From assembly GCA_013265495.1 (NCBI GenBank), contig MU058636.1, positions 6,049,741 to 6,113,740 on the forward strand: DNA of 64,000 nucleotides. Direction: 5' to 3'. The DNA comes from Vicugna vicugna. Taxonomy: Eukaryota. The notes below the pieces were generated by a model. The model was not told where the DNA came from, did no database searches, and saw nothing but the letters and a program-made list of their open reading frames with translations. Below, one piece after another: positions 1 to 13,250 of this stretch (its first letter is position 1; every line of letters starts with the position of its first letter). The position numbers and the translations under genes were made by a program.

Positions 1-170
1 CGGCAGGTCCTTTCCCACGGGCAGGTGAGCGTTCGCAGCTTTCTGCTTAAGGGACGCGGAGATCCCGCTTCTGGCTGCCTGGGAGCTGGGTGGTGAAGGC
101 TGCTGAGTGCCCGCAGTTCAAAACGTCGACATTCACCTGACGTCCCTGTTTAGTACTGTCCCGCCCCTTT
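1..170 (+). promoter_or_regulatory. 3' edge of a CpG-rich probable first exon with a splice donor; host gene unidentified
   Basis: Locally dense CpGs that fade by about 170; consensus donor CAG|GTGAGC (GT at 25-26); CRE-like TGACGTC at 138-144. Confidence 0.5.
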
Positions 171-2339
171 GCCCTGAGCTGTCTCTCTTACGAACAACCC
201 CCGATTCTTTCAGGTTAATCTCCAGAGAGGAAACCTCTAGGCTTCAGTCGTATTGGGAAACAGATAATCGCAACAGAGAAGGTCAGTTTTTCATTTAAAA
301 ATTTATTCAGTCGTTCAACTCATCCTGCTGTTTTCAGCCCCTGCCCCTGCGCTTTTAGAAGGAACTATTACTGCCGTTTCCAGAGCGTTTCAAAGGGCTG
401 TAAGGTGGCCGTCATCTTGCTTCTTGTTAGTAGCCCCTACTGTAGTCTTAGATTGTAGTTTTCTCAGATATTGGAAGTCCGTTCCCACTCAATCTGTATT
501 CCAACTTCTAGATTTTGTTTGTATCTCTTACATGTTCTGATTCTGTTCTTTGTCTTCATGGATTTTCTTCTTTTTTATTGCTTTACTTTTATCTTAAATA
601 TGATTTGAAAAGTGGGAAGATAGACTCTGTATTCAATTTCCCTGCTTACTTGGAAGTCCTGGGATGTGGCAACAGGGATGTACTTCTTGAAAAACTTAAG
701 CATTTAGGAAACTCTCTCCATCAGCAACCAAGGAGATAATCTCCTGCTTCCAAGAAAGATAATTTTGTGTTAAGCTGGAGATTAAAACAATATCACTGAA
801 TATTTATATTTAAAGGTGATTGTCACATAAAGTTACAAACATTACAAACTGTAAAGTTCTCGAAATAATGATCAAGGTGTAAAATTATCAAGGATGGTGA
901 TGTGGAGTTTATTTAATATCTATATAATATTTGTCTTGATATGCATATATCAGAACAATCTCTTATTGTACACTTGTTTTTATGTGTTTGATAAAATTCC
1001 CGTCATGTTGGATACAAAGTATGATGGGTTTGCGCTGGTATATAATACAATCAGCCATTATGTTAGCATTTTGGATTAACCTCAGAACAAGTTTAAAAGA
1101 AACCCAAATTTTGCTATATTTTAGGAAATGCTTCAGAAAGTGTCTTTCTGTGAGGAGCATAGAAGCCAAAGAGATGAAAGTCATCCTGACTGAAATTCTC
1201 TAGAAATACAAAAACAACAAGAACAAACTGGACACTTGCGTTGGTGCTGGTTGGAGCAGGGCCTTTGCTCTGATTGCATTATTCAGCCTCGACCTGCTGA
1301 GAGGTCTTCACAGAGGTAGGATCCCTGTAGGCAAGGCGGGGCCAGCAGAGATGTGGCACCTGGGCCACCAGGCTGGCTTCCTGTGTCCCTAACATGGTTC
1401 CTCCATTTATCCCTGTGAACCCTGAACCCTGACGAAACCTCAGGGTCTTTCCCTTGGCTGGCGTCTATCACCAGTCTGTTGGTTTTGACTTGTACACTCA
1501 ACTCTATTAGCCATTCTTTACCTGGAGACAGCTGGAAACCTGAATAAGAGGCCAAATGTAGCAAGATGTAGCCTCAGAAATAAAAGAAGAGAGCAGGAAG
1601 CTATTAGGATTCTAGGAAACTAGGAGTTACAGTCTAACTGTAAGAAGTTTGAAGGTTTGTTTGGTTTCCCCAGTGATACAGCCAGTAGAATATGGGAAGT
1701 GGACAGGGCTTCTGTGTGACCTCCTGGGATAGTTGGAAGGTGAAAGCTATTGAGTCACAGTCTACAGTTAGTCTGGTAGATACATGTTCCCTGCATTAAA
1801 GTGCGTTGGGAGAGGGTCCTGGAACTGCAACTAGAAAGAAAGGGTCATTGAAGGACCGACAAGTGTAAGGAGCATCTCAGTGGCCAAGAGGAGGCGTAAA
1901 AGCCCATGATAATGAGAAGCTATATAAATGAATTCGGCTGACTATTTAATCTGATTAAAATCAGTCATATGAAATTCTAACTACCAGTCTTTTAAATATA
2001 AAAAATAAACTTTTCGTACTGATCTTAAGTAATCCAAATATCCACCAATTCCATGAGGGTACAAATGAAGTAGCATCAGTATTGATAGTAGTATTAAGGT
2101 TAACATCAGTACTGATAATTTATTAGTATTGATACCCTTATGGGTTCTTGTTAAACCCACTGACAGGAGACTAGCCCTTTCTGTCACCTGGAAGTTTCTC
2201 TGTCTCTAAAAGCACCCCCATCCCATAATATCACTCACAGCTGCTCAGCGTTTAGTCATCCGTATTCTCCAGTTCTGCATCCTTTTTTTTTTTTGGCATT
2301 TCTTTTTTTGTTTTAATTGTCAGTAATTGTCATGTCCTT

Positions 2340-2535
2340 GTTTTGTGCCAGGTAGTACCAGGGTCAGGGCTTAACAAGGGCTTATCGCAGTTAGTCTTCT
2401 GGTGGAGCCTATGATGCAGCTACCATTATTTGCCTCAGTTTATACGTAAGGACGCAGAATTGGGTTGTTGTTAAGTAACTGGCCTGAGGTCACTACGACC
2501 GAGTGCAGTGGAACCGGGACTCACCGCTAGAGTCT
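2340..2535 (-). mobile_element. MIR SINE fragment
   Basis: gttaagtaactggcctgaggtcac...gtggaaccgggactca resembles the reverse MIR core. Confidence 0.65.
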
Positions 2536-5500
2536 TTCCCCAGCCGAGACCCGCGCTTTGTGTGGCTGCCACAGCCAGCCCGTTGACCAAAGCCTCACCT
2601 CATTGTCAGCGGTGCAGCAGCCGGGAGGGGCGGTCTCTTCCAGGGCCATCCCTCTCAGTGTTCCCCCAGGCCTGGCTCTTTCTACTCATGGGGGTCCTCA
2701 GAGCGATCTGGCCCAAGTGGACTCTGGACCCCTGAGGGAACCAGTGTTGTGCCCATCCATATGCTCTAGCCTCCGAAATCTTTTATGAAAACAGCCCCTT
2801 CAGTTTCTCCTTTTGATTCTTTCCCACGTCCTCCTCCAAGCCCCGGTATTTATGAAGAAACAGCCTAACAGGAAAGCCTCCTCTCTCCTGCCTCAGTCAA
2901 AACTAAACACTCTAATGATGGCAGACGTCTAGCCTGTTAGATCAAAGAATAGCAAGACTCAGAGCATCCGTGGTGGACCAGCCAGGACACTGTTACTCTC
3001 ATAAGTGGACACTCCTTCCACGTGGGTCTTCCATACACGGCATCCCCTGGCATCATGGCAAACTCAAGGTCATGGCTTGAACACTTAGATGTCATGCAGC
3101 AACTGAAATTATAGATAAAGGGGGAAATTATGTCTAAGAAACTAGATCCAATAACTTTAATGGATTTTTGATGAATATTTGGTTAATTCTGAGCAATTTT
3201 GTGGGAGAGTTGGGTGTATGTGTGCTGCATGTTACAAAAGAGGAAGTATTTCTACATTTTATTCTCTTAGTTATACCTTTCTCTAGGTGTTTCTGTGTGC
3301 TAATTCTGCTATCTCTTCATGAGTTGAAAAGCCTTGTTTGGAAAAGAACTACCTTAAGTGGAGTACATTGTTTCTACTGTAAGATTTATCCAGAATGGTG
3401 ATGAAAGGCCAAAACGTAGAAGAGCAGTGGTGCAGCAAGGACTTAGATACTCAGTCCAGTGAGACTGTCTCCTGCATGGACAGAGTCGTGGCAACCCTGT
3501 TCCCCCAGCAGAGCCTCCAGTGGCCAAGGACAGACAGAGATACGCTGCGCCTGTTCCTGTCCTGGGCCATCTTGATTCTGAAAGCATTTTGCAGCTTTGG
3601 CTAAAGAAATAGGCTTCACCTAACCGTGTGCGTAGGGGAGAGGTTGGGGAGGCAAGGAGAAGAGCTGTCTAAAAAGTAGCCACTAAAACAGTAAAACCAT
3701 TGAAACAAGGGTGAAGGAACAGAGCTGAGATAATAAGAAGGATGTGTTGAAATGAGAAATGCTTGGATGAGAGCATCCAAGGGAAATTGCTGTACGTGAG
3801 CACAAAATGGGTTGTCAGATAATGAAGTAAGATGAAAAGAGCGCACGATGACTCTAACTACTTCTGTTATTTAATAAAAGAGTATTAATTCATCAGGAAT
3901 GATAGACTTTTTTCATTACATAATCTTAAGTAATTTGTACGATATTTTATTTCATTTACTTTTTAAAAAATTCCCAGTTAGATTATTAACTCCAAGAGGT
4001 AAAGCATGTGTCTATTTTTTTGTCTTCATATTTCTAATAATAAATGTAGTCTCTAGAAAAGATATTTGTTAAGTTAGTAAATAAATAGTGTAATAAAAAT
4101 ACAGGCATATACAAATAGCAAATAATTTCTATAAAAATATAGAAAAGTTATACAAAGGGCTTTTCTAATATTTATAAAGACAATGGAAAATTGTACATCT
4201 GTAGAAGTATTTCTATAAGGCATCAAAGTAATATTATTGAGGTTAAAGGTTTTAGATGCTCTGACTTTTTACAGGGACAGAGCTCAGCAATGGAGAAAAG
4301 TAACATTAGCTAAATCATCAGAAATCTTGCTTTCTTGGGGGAGGTTTTTGTCAAGACTTGGCTAGTAAGCGATTGAAATTATAAGTTGAGTGCTTTTAGG
4401 TATAGTTCTTCCCTGTTCTTGACTGAAAAGATGGCCATATAATTTAGATTCTAGACACATAGAAAACAAGGGTGAATTTTTATATAAAATAAATTTTAAA
4501 GTTTTCAAAATAAAATTCTCACCCATATGGAAGACCATACCAGCTTGGCAGAACTATTGGAGGATATTTGGAGGTAGAGTCAAACCAAATTTTGTAAAAC
4601 AATTTTATTCCTGCTCAAATGCTACTGAAAGCGTTTAAGTTCTGTAACACAGAATTTAAAAAAAAGAGCTGGTAGATTTAGAGGAGGGGTGACTTAGGGT
4701 TGAGGAACCCACTGAATGGCCTGGTGCTGGTTAGAGACAATAACGCCTACTTCATCAAGCTGATATGAGAATGAGTAGGAGAACAGGGCGAACTCAGCAT
4801 GGAGCATGCAGCATCGTAGGTATTGTATAGGTACGTATTGTTTCTCTAAAAAATTTAACAAAGAAGATGGTTAGAGAAAAATTTGAGCCCGCCTACACTC
4901 TTGCAAAATACAGAGTTAATCTTTAGAATACATTTTTTTTAAGTACAAATCATTTGGGTAATAAAGAGTCTGCTTAAAATACTACTTTGGGATTTCAAAT
5001 TTAAAAATACATTGAGTTGTTCTCATCCAAGCAGGACCATGTCATCTGCAAAATAGAATTTGTGTGCTGCCCCGAGGCTCCCCTGGAAGGTAGAGACCAC
5101 GTTTCCTGAAAGCTGTACCAGATGACTTATGTGTAGATTAAAAAGCTAGGAGAGTCAGAAACATCTTGATTTGATGACATTTAAAATGTGAATTTGCTTT
5201 TTCAAGGGCCATATCTGTTCATTGTTTCTCAAAGTGCTGTGATCAAGGTTTAAAGTTGCGTCCAGAGCCCACTCGATGGGAATGTCCCGATTCATAAAGT
5301 GTAGCCTTTCTTCTGTGTTAAGGCCAAAATGTTTTCTCTGGGAACATACATCTCTGAAATGATAGTGAAACAATTCTGGGAAATGGTTCCATGCACAGTA
5401 AATACTGTTGCTGCCATACAAATGCTTGGGGAGGTATGTCAGACTTGGAGAGGCAAGTGTGTCTCTGGGGCTGTGTGGGGAGTCAGAGGAGGCTCCCTTA

Positions 5501-5844
5501 TGGTTGCCCCCCTTGCTGTTGACAGTGCTTCCCTAACCATCAACTCCCTGCCTTGATTCTTTTTACATATTTCTGCTTCCTGTTTGGGGAGAAAGCTGTT
5601 CCAAAACAGGCTCACTCTGGTCCGTGAGACAGAAGGGAGCAGGATATGGAGCAAGGGAGGGAGGGAGGCAGGGGCTGGGGAAGCAGAGGCTGAGATGCAA
5701 ATCCTGGCACTGGGTATTATGGCTGTTTAGCAATAAGCACTTTTGATAAGACATCATTTGGTTGATATTCCCCCCAAGTAACCACCAAATATTACCATTA
5801 TACTTGCCCACTTTACAACCCTGTTTTGATACTTACTGAGCTAA

Positions 5845-6015
5845 TGTATCATTCAGGATTCAGTCAGGAAAATAGGACTAATTGTTAAGGGCTCTGTTAC
5901 TGGGATTTGAGCTTCTGCAATTGTGACTGACTGCTGGTTGAGCAGTCTCTGCAAGGCTGGTGCCTTTACGTCTGACGCCAGAGCTTGCAGCCCACGAGCA
6001 GGCAGTCAGGAAGGA
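5845..6015. mobile_element. Old ERVL-class LTR fragment (MLT2-like)
   Basis: Begins tgtatcattcaggattcagtcaggaaaa, similar to ERVL LTR termini. Confidence 0.4.
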
Positions 6016-6044
6016 CGTGACAGCCAAAATAAAATCAGCCTGGT

Positions 6045-6362
6045 CATTTACATAAACCTCAACAAACAACAAACTAGTGACTACAGCAAAAAGAAACAGA
6101 CTCCCAGTTACAGAGAACAAACTAGTGGTCACCAGTGGGGAGAGGCAAGGGGGAGGGGTGATGCAGGAGTAGGGGGATAAGACGTACAAACCATCAGGTA
6201 TGAGATAAGCTACAAGGATACATTGTACAACTCGGGAATGTAGCCAGTATTTTATAACTGTAAACTGAGTAAAACCTTTAAAAATTGTGAATCACTATAT
6301 TGTGCACCTGTTTCTTATACATCAACTATACTTCAGGAAAAAGAAAGAAAGAAAGAAAAAAA
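6045..6362 (+). mobile_element. L1 3' UTR end with A/GAAA tail
   Basis: gagaacaaactagtggtcaccagtggggagagg...aattgtgaatcactatattgtgcacctg...atcaactatacttca followed by an A-rich tail. Confidence 0.85.
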
Positions 6363-6374
6363 GACAGAGAGGCC

Positions 6375-6630
6375 ATTTCACACGGGGTCCTGTAGTCCAT
6401 GGGAAAATCTTTGGATTTTATTCTGAAGGAAGAGATGCCGATAGAGGACCTTGAGGAATGGAGTCACATGAAATGACTTACCTTTGAAGACTGTGCGGCT
6501 GTGGATTGGTGGTGGGGGAGTAAAAGCAGAATCAGGGACACCAGATGAGATGCCAGGGCAATGGCCCAGGTGGGTAATGACGGTGGTTTGCAGGAAGGAT
6601 GGTGGCAACAGAAACTGGAAAGTGGAAAGC
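6375..6630 (-). mobile_element. L2 fragment
   Basis: ctttggattttattctgaag...tgacttacctttgaagactgtgcggctgtg is typical reverse L2. Confidence 0.6.
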
Positions 6631-7464
6631 ATCCCGTCGGTGTCAGCTGTAGCGTTGCTATTGCCTTTGTGTTTTAGATCCCTCATCCTCAAACAATTAA
6701 ATACCTAAGGATTGCCTGGGAGCTTGTTTGAAATACAGGACAAGGCGCTCTCCGGTGGGGAGGGTGATTTAATATGCCTTTGAGGGTAGAGCGATAGAAC
6801 ATACAACTGCCTTTTAAACACTGAACTGGTTATTCTGATGCAGGCTGTTCATGACTACCTATATTGCCTTTGTTATTGTTGCTGTTATTGTTCACAAACA
6901 CAAAGTAAATGTGACAAGAAGAATGACCCCCCAACACACACACACCCACACACCCACACACCCACACTCACGCACGCATTGGAATTCCCTATTTCATTCT
7001 CCGATCCCATCTGACACGCCCACGGAGAGGTGAGTGGTTTTGTTGTGAAGAAAATAGGGACAGGACAGCAGAGGGGTACCTCCCCCGTGGGCACTCTCCC
7101 CACTTCCCACCAAGAGAGAGCAGGGTGGTGGGGTGGGCTGACTTCTTCCCCTCAGTTCTCCTAGTAACTCTCCGGATTCAGGCCTGCAAATGTGCCTCTG
7201 TTTTAAGCAATCTTCAGCGGTGTCTTAAGAGGAAACGTGTTGTATACATGACCAATATAGATACTGGAGACCAGAATTGTGTTTCTTTCATGTAGCGTTG
7301 ACAATGCAGCAGACTGTGTTTGACACATTGTTAATAACATGGCTTAGATGTGTGATAAATTAGGCCCACTGCTTGGACAGCTCATTCTTACTGATAAGAT
7401 GTAAAATCATCCTCATTTCCTCAGTGAAGCCAAGATGGAAGTCAACTTTGTTTCTGACTTTTCC

Positions 7465-7466
<2 letters not shown>

Positions 7467-7502
<36 letters not shown>
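7467..7502. repeat. (TG)18 microsatellite
   Basis: Perfect TG run read directly. Confidence 0.97.
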
Positions 7503-7504
<2 letters not shown>

Positions 7505-7589
7505 GGGAGGGAAGCTTTGGTTATTTAAATAATAGTACCTCAGTTCAAGAGCACATGATCCTTTAGAAATTACTAGATTAAAAATCATA

Positions 7590-8050
7590 CTTTCCTTGTT
7601 TCCCTAATCCAACCCCATTTCATGTTATATTCACATTTTCTTTTATAATTAATTTTCAGGATAAGAAGTGTCTTTCACCCACTCCACTCCTTAGGATTAA
7701 CCAATATCAAGTTTCTTGTGTATCTTTCTGGAAATTTTCCATGCGTGTACACAGATACTTTTGTGTATTGAAATGGAAGCATAGTATGTACACTGTTTTA
7801 TATCATACATTTTTCTACATTATTCTTCCCTCTGAACTGTTAAATACATTTTTCTTTGACTAAGAAAACACATTGTAAAATGATTCAAACATCTCAAAAG
7901 GGGAAACAGTGTAAAGTCAGTCTCCCTCCTGCCCACTTATCCTGAATGACCCAATTCCCCTCTCCGGAAAAAGCCACTTGTTATCCAGTTCTTGTGCACC
8001 CTTCTAGAGCTGGTCCATGCACGTACGTGTATGTATCTATGTCGTCCTTT
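7590..8050 (-). mobile_element. Old L1ME-type 3' fragments
   Basis: accaatatcaagtttcttgtgtatctttctggaaattttccatgc and accacttgttatccagttcttgtgcacccttctagag motifs. Confidence 0.5.
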
Positions 8051-11004
8051 AGATTACGTGCTGTATTTTAAAATTGCTTGACACTTCTGTGCAACTAGGT
8101 CAGAGACACTGTCAGTAAGCAGAGGTGAGGGACCTCTCTGCCTGCCCAGAAAAGAATCAATGGCCCTGGGTTTAGCAGAACTGAAGATCAAACAAGAATT
8201 CATGAATAGAAACTTCCTGGACATGTACAAGGAGATGGAGGAGATTTTGAGTTTAGCAGAAGCTTGGACTGAAGAAATAGAGATGAAGGGAAATCTCCAT
8301 ACCCTTTCCTGGACCAGAAACAGATTAAGATGCGAGAAACCACTGTGACTCGTTGGAATTCTAGAGCAGAAGTGGACTGGCGTCCTTAACCAGATAGAGG
8401 GTCTGGTCTCCTAAGCCAGCTCCATTTGACTTTGCCTGTCATTACCGTCGATGTGCAGTTGGTGTCCAGTTACCTGGACAGCAGTCTTTATGAGTGTAAT
8501 AAAAACTTGGCTGGTCTTTTTAAGGGAGATGAAAATGATTTTATTACCACTTGTAAGAATCTTAGTGGGAGGAGATCGATGTCTTAACGAGGACAATACT
8601 TCAAGGAACAGTCTTTGAATACGTAAGAGGCCTAAAGTGAAAGCAAAAGATCCGTGATGCTGCTATGCTCTGACTCAGACCCTGAGACAAATCTCAATGG
8701 AGCAGAGTCTTTGAGTCCATCCTTCCCTTCCCTGTACTCAGATTGTTCTTCATTTTTATTAGAAATAACAGCCTAGGGTGCAGTGAGCTCCTATTTATAC
8801 ATATCAACAAATACATTCTGTTGGAGAAACGGATGTCACACCAAAATACTGTAAATACCTTTAGTTCTGAGAATTTACATTCCAATAGTGAGCAGTTTGC
8901 TTGTAATTGTAGGTAATCGTTACAAGAAAATAGGATTTGAGAATGACAAGAAGAAGTCCTAGATGGAAGCTTGAGTTCTGATTGCCTCATGGGTCAGATA
9001 ATCTTCTAACAGGATTGTCTGAAGGGGTTATTGACTTTCTAAGTTTTCAAACCAGCCCATAAATCATAGGAAAGAATACACACAGAGTTTATTTCTTAAG
9101 CCAAAGGGTGAGTAAGAAAGAAAGAGAGAGAAAGGTTAAAACATTAGTTATTGATTTTTTTGGCAGGCAAAATTAATGGTGGTTTCTCCCCATCCACATT
9201 TAAATCCGTGTCCTAACTGTAGCCTTTCTTTCACTGAAAAGCACAAGAAACACATGCAGAACCTCAGGATTACTTCTTTGACTGAACCAGTTAAGTCAAA
9301 ATGTTATCCTTCATGGGAGATCGGATTGGGTTTTGGACTGCTGATGGGACGTTTTCCATTCTGGCTGTTCCTCTGGGCGCTCTGGCCCAGCTCTTCTCTC
9401 CTCAGGGAACCCGTTTCAGAAGGAAACCTGATTGGAATAGACAGACTGTGGCTGGTGAAGCCCATGGACACCTTATAAGGTTTAATGTATGACAGATACG
9501 AGATTCAATTACTTTCCCCCAATATTCTTACAGAAGTGATGCATACACGTGATAAAATTTTCCTTATGTGCATTTACATTAACTGGCACAAGGAAAGGAC
9601 ACTGAAACACACTTCACTGCTTCAAAGTCACTTTCACAGACACCTTTGTTGTTTACCGTTTCTGTTTTCTCTTTCAGAAGAAACGTGAACATGGGTTGAT
9701 ATTCGTGTGATTTAGTAGTTGGAAAACAGGCCTGTTTACAGCAATAAAACTGAAAAGTTGAATTTCTGTCCAATGACGGCATGTTCTGTTCTAGTGGTCT
9801 TCTTGTTTCCATGGATGCTCGTTTGTTATACTTAATCTTTCCAAGTAATTTCTGTCCATTGTCCATAAGCTAAAGCAAGCACATTTAGGTTTAGTACAGA
9901 CACACTCAGACATCCGTTGGCGTGAATCTTGCTGGGCTGACTGGTAGGTGACACACTGGGGTCTGGAAACAAGCTTGGGGACAACATACAAGCCTGCAGA
10001 GCACCCCCCGGCAGGTAGCGTCATCCCTTCTCTGAGATGGTGAGGCTTGGCCCCATCACAAGTGGGGTATTCATCTTCCCAAGTGGTTTCTCAATACTCC
10101 CGAGATACCAAACCAGTTGTGAAGGCAAGGTCTCAGACCCCAGTCGTCCTTGGCTAAGGGTGTGTGTGGGTACAGCTGGTGGTGCAGGCTGGAAATACCT
10201 ACAGCTTGACTTGCCGTGACGCGGTACCTCTCGGCAGAACAGGGAACTCTGAGGCTGCTCTGCTTGGAGCTGGCTTTTACTGTGGCCAGTGGTGGGCTGA
10301 ACCTACCATCTCTCCTTTGAGCCATAGTGTAGTCTAGACAGATCCTAGACATGAGCTAAGCTAAATTCATTTCTTTCCTGGAGTGGAAATAAGCCCCTAT
10401 CGTTAGGTCATGCCCAGCATCATTGTTCTTGCCAACCTGATCAAACATCAAGCATTCAATTCAGAAGCATTCAGTATATCTTCCTTTTAAGTGCCAGCCC
10501 CTGTGTTGGGGAACGTCAGTGTCTCTGTCTTTATGAATGGCTTTTTTCTTAGAAAAGAAATAAAATAATTTCTAGTAAATATCCAAACACATTTTATTTT
10601 TGCTTTCTTGGAAGACTATATTAATGTTTTGTTCCTCTGAAATAGAATATCGGTTTTATTACTGCCAGCGTATTTATTATATTGATATTGATCATTTTTT
10701 ATCATTCTTTAAATTTTATTGATTCTATGTTCTTTTGAAATGTTTTGATACTTGGTTTATTCTGTCTATACTCATAGACTTTGCTCTACAACTTCACCAT
10801 TCTCAGTAAATGGTCACTTGGTTTTAAGGGATAGAGAGCCTATTAGGAAATAGCTACTGTCTACCTCCTTCTCCTCCCTGTTTAAATCACAGAAAATCTG
10901 TTTCTCCTCCTCTCATTTCTTCTCAGGCATTTATCTGTTGGGCACCCTCTTATTTCCAATACACTTAACCATTCCATGTTCATCCTCTTTTCTCAGAAGA
11001 TGTG

Positions 11005-11366
11005 TGTCTTAGTCAATTTGGGCTGCTATATCAAAATGCCACAGACTGGGTGGCTTATAAACGTCAGAAATTTATTTCTCACAGTTTGGAAGGCTGGGAA
11101 TGCCAAGATCAATGTGCCAGCATATCTGGTTCTGGGTGAAGTCCCTCCCTCGCTTTGCCGACTGCTGATTTCTCACTGAGCCCTCCCGGGGCTGGAGGAG
11201 CCAGGGAGCTCTGTGGGTCTTTTTTAAGAACATGAATCCCATTTGTGAAGACCTTCATGATCTAAGCACCGCCCAAAGGCCCCACCTCCTAAAACCATGA
11301 CACTGAACATTAGGATTTCAATATGTGCATTTGTGGGGGGGGGACACAAATATTCAGACCATAACA
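11005..11366 (-). mobile_element. MLT1A-type MaLR solo LTR
   Basis: Termini tgtcttagtc...ggggacacaaatattcagaccataaca; internal gggtggcttataaac...aaatttatttctcacagt. Confidence 0.9.
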
Positions 11367-11367
11367 G

Positions 11368-11880
11368 TGTATTAATTATTGTCATTGATGTGTAACAAAT
11401 TGTCCCCAAACTTAGTGGCTTAAGAAAAAAAACTGTATTAGCTCATAATTTCTATGGGTCAGGAATTTGGATGCAGGTTAGGTCTTCTCAGAAGGCTGTA
11501 ATCATGGTGTCATACAGGGGTGCAGTGGTCTCATCTGAGGCTGAGGGAGGAACCTCCCCAAGTTCCCTCTTGTGGACCTTAGGTCGTCACTGGCTGTTGG
11601 ACTTAGGATCTTAGCTACTCATTACAGAGGCCTCTCCATGGCACAGCTCACAAGGTGGCAGACGGCCACCCCCAGAGCAAGTAAGGGAGAGAGAGAAAGC
11701 AAAACAGAAGTTGCTGGGGTTTTGTAACCTTATGCAAGAATTGACATCCCATCCCTTTTACCGTATTTCATTCATTAGGAGCAAGTCCAGCCCACGTCAA
11801 AGGAAAGAAGACCACACAGGGTGTGGGGACCAGGAGGTAGGGATCACTGGGAGCCGTTTGAGGAGCTGCTCCCGCCATGA
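11368..11880 (-). mobile_element. Older MaLR LTR (MLT1F/G/H-like)
   Basis: tgtgtaacaaattgtccccaaacttagtggcttaa...tagctcataatttctatgggtcaggaatttgg. Confidence 0.8.
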
Positions 11881-11959
11881 TTACACAGGATTACTGCAAG
11901 ATTACATGGGCCTTCTTGGTTAAGCTTCTTAAAAGGGTAGGCCAAGTCCACTGTTGCTA

Positions 11960-13250
11960 ATTCTTTCTCAACCTGCTGCAGTCCTGCTCTGTCTCTGCCA
12001 CTATTCTTACCTTGATCCACTAAAGTCACCAATGACTTCCTAATTGCCAGATCAAATAGGCAATATTTCTGTCTTTAGATTATTCTGATTTTCTGCAGAA
12101 TTTGACAGTTTGATGTAACTGACCTCTCCTTCCTTCTCTACCCTCTCACCTGATGTCCTTCCCTCTTGGTTCATTCGTTTCGTATTCTCTCCTTTCATTA
12201 TCATCGCACATGTTAAGATTGTCCAGGGTTTGTTCTCAGCCCTCTTTCTGCTCTTCCTGAGAAATCTCATTCACAGCCTGGCTTCAGCTACCCTGCAAAT
12301 GCTGATGACCCCACCCCAATTTCTCTCTTGTCTTCAAAGGCACATATATCCTAAAAAACTGTTGAAATGACCATCTCAACCTTGACATTGCAAATTTAAT
12401 ATGTCTTCATAAATTTTCCTCCAGACCCTCTTGTTGGATAGCACTCACTCTCACCTGTTCTGTCACTCCAGCTGCGAACGTGGGAGTCAGCCTTGGCTCC
12501 CCGCTCTCACTTCCACAACAGTGTCACTGACTGCTGTCCGTTTCATACTCTCTTGTTACTTAACTGGCTCTCTCCTCTCTGTCCTCACTGCTCCTCTTCC
12601 CTGTTCAGCCCCTTATCATTTCCCTTCTGGGTTATTAAATCATCTTGCTGCCTTCTGACTCCTCCCCGCCAATCTGTCTTTGGCACAGTTGTCAGAGCAA
12701 TCTTTCTAAATGCAAATATGTTCACACCATTGCCCTGCTTAGAATCCTCCAGTGGCCCCGTTTTCTTTGGGATCAGAGCTGAATGCCGCGGTGTGCAGTG
12801 ATGTGGGGTCTGTCTCTCCTACTTTCCCCCTCCCAGTGTCCTGAAAGCACTCCACTCTCCAGCTGTAACCGAGCTGCTTGTGGTTCCCTGACTACACCCC
12901 GTATTTTCTTGACATTGCAGATTCTATTCTTGGGCACATGCTCCCCCTTTTGTTTTAAATGAGCTTCCCCTATGGGACTAGCTAACTCCTACCTGGAGGC
13001 TTAAAATTCACCTCCAGGAGTCTTTTGAGACATTTCTCCCAATTAGACTCATTTTGCTTCCCTTCTTTTATGTTCCCATCACCTCAGTGCAAACTCATAT
13101 TACAGTGCTTATCCCACTAGGTTATGAATATTGATTTCTTGCTATCTCACCCAAGAGATGTGAGCATGTGAACTCCTCACCGGCAGGTACAGGGTTTTAC
13201 CTCTGAGACCTCCACAATGCATTAAATAAATGTTTGATGGGCGAATAAAT
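11960..13250 (+). mobile_element. L2 LINE 3' portion
   Basis: aagtcaccaatgacttcctaattgccagatc; pyrimidine-rich body; gtcagagcaatctttctaaatgcaaat; ends taaataaatgtttgatg. Confidence 0.8.

Noticed and set aside
3395..3604. Plus-strand 69-aa ORF as a processed pseudogene or small gene
   Set aside because: No recognisable homology, poly(A) tail or TSD
8160..8348. 62-aa ATG ORF with helical, charged character
   Set aside because: No recognisable family or supporting splice or promoter signals; length is within chance expectation
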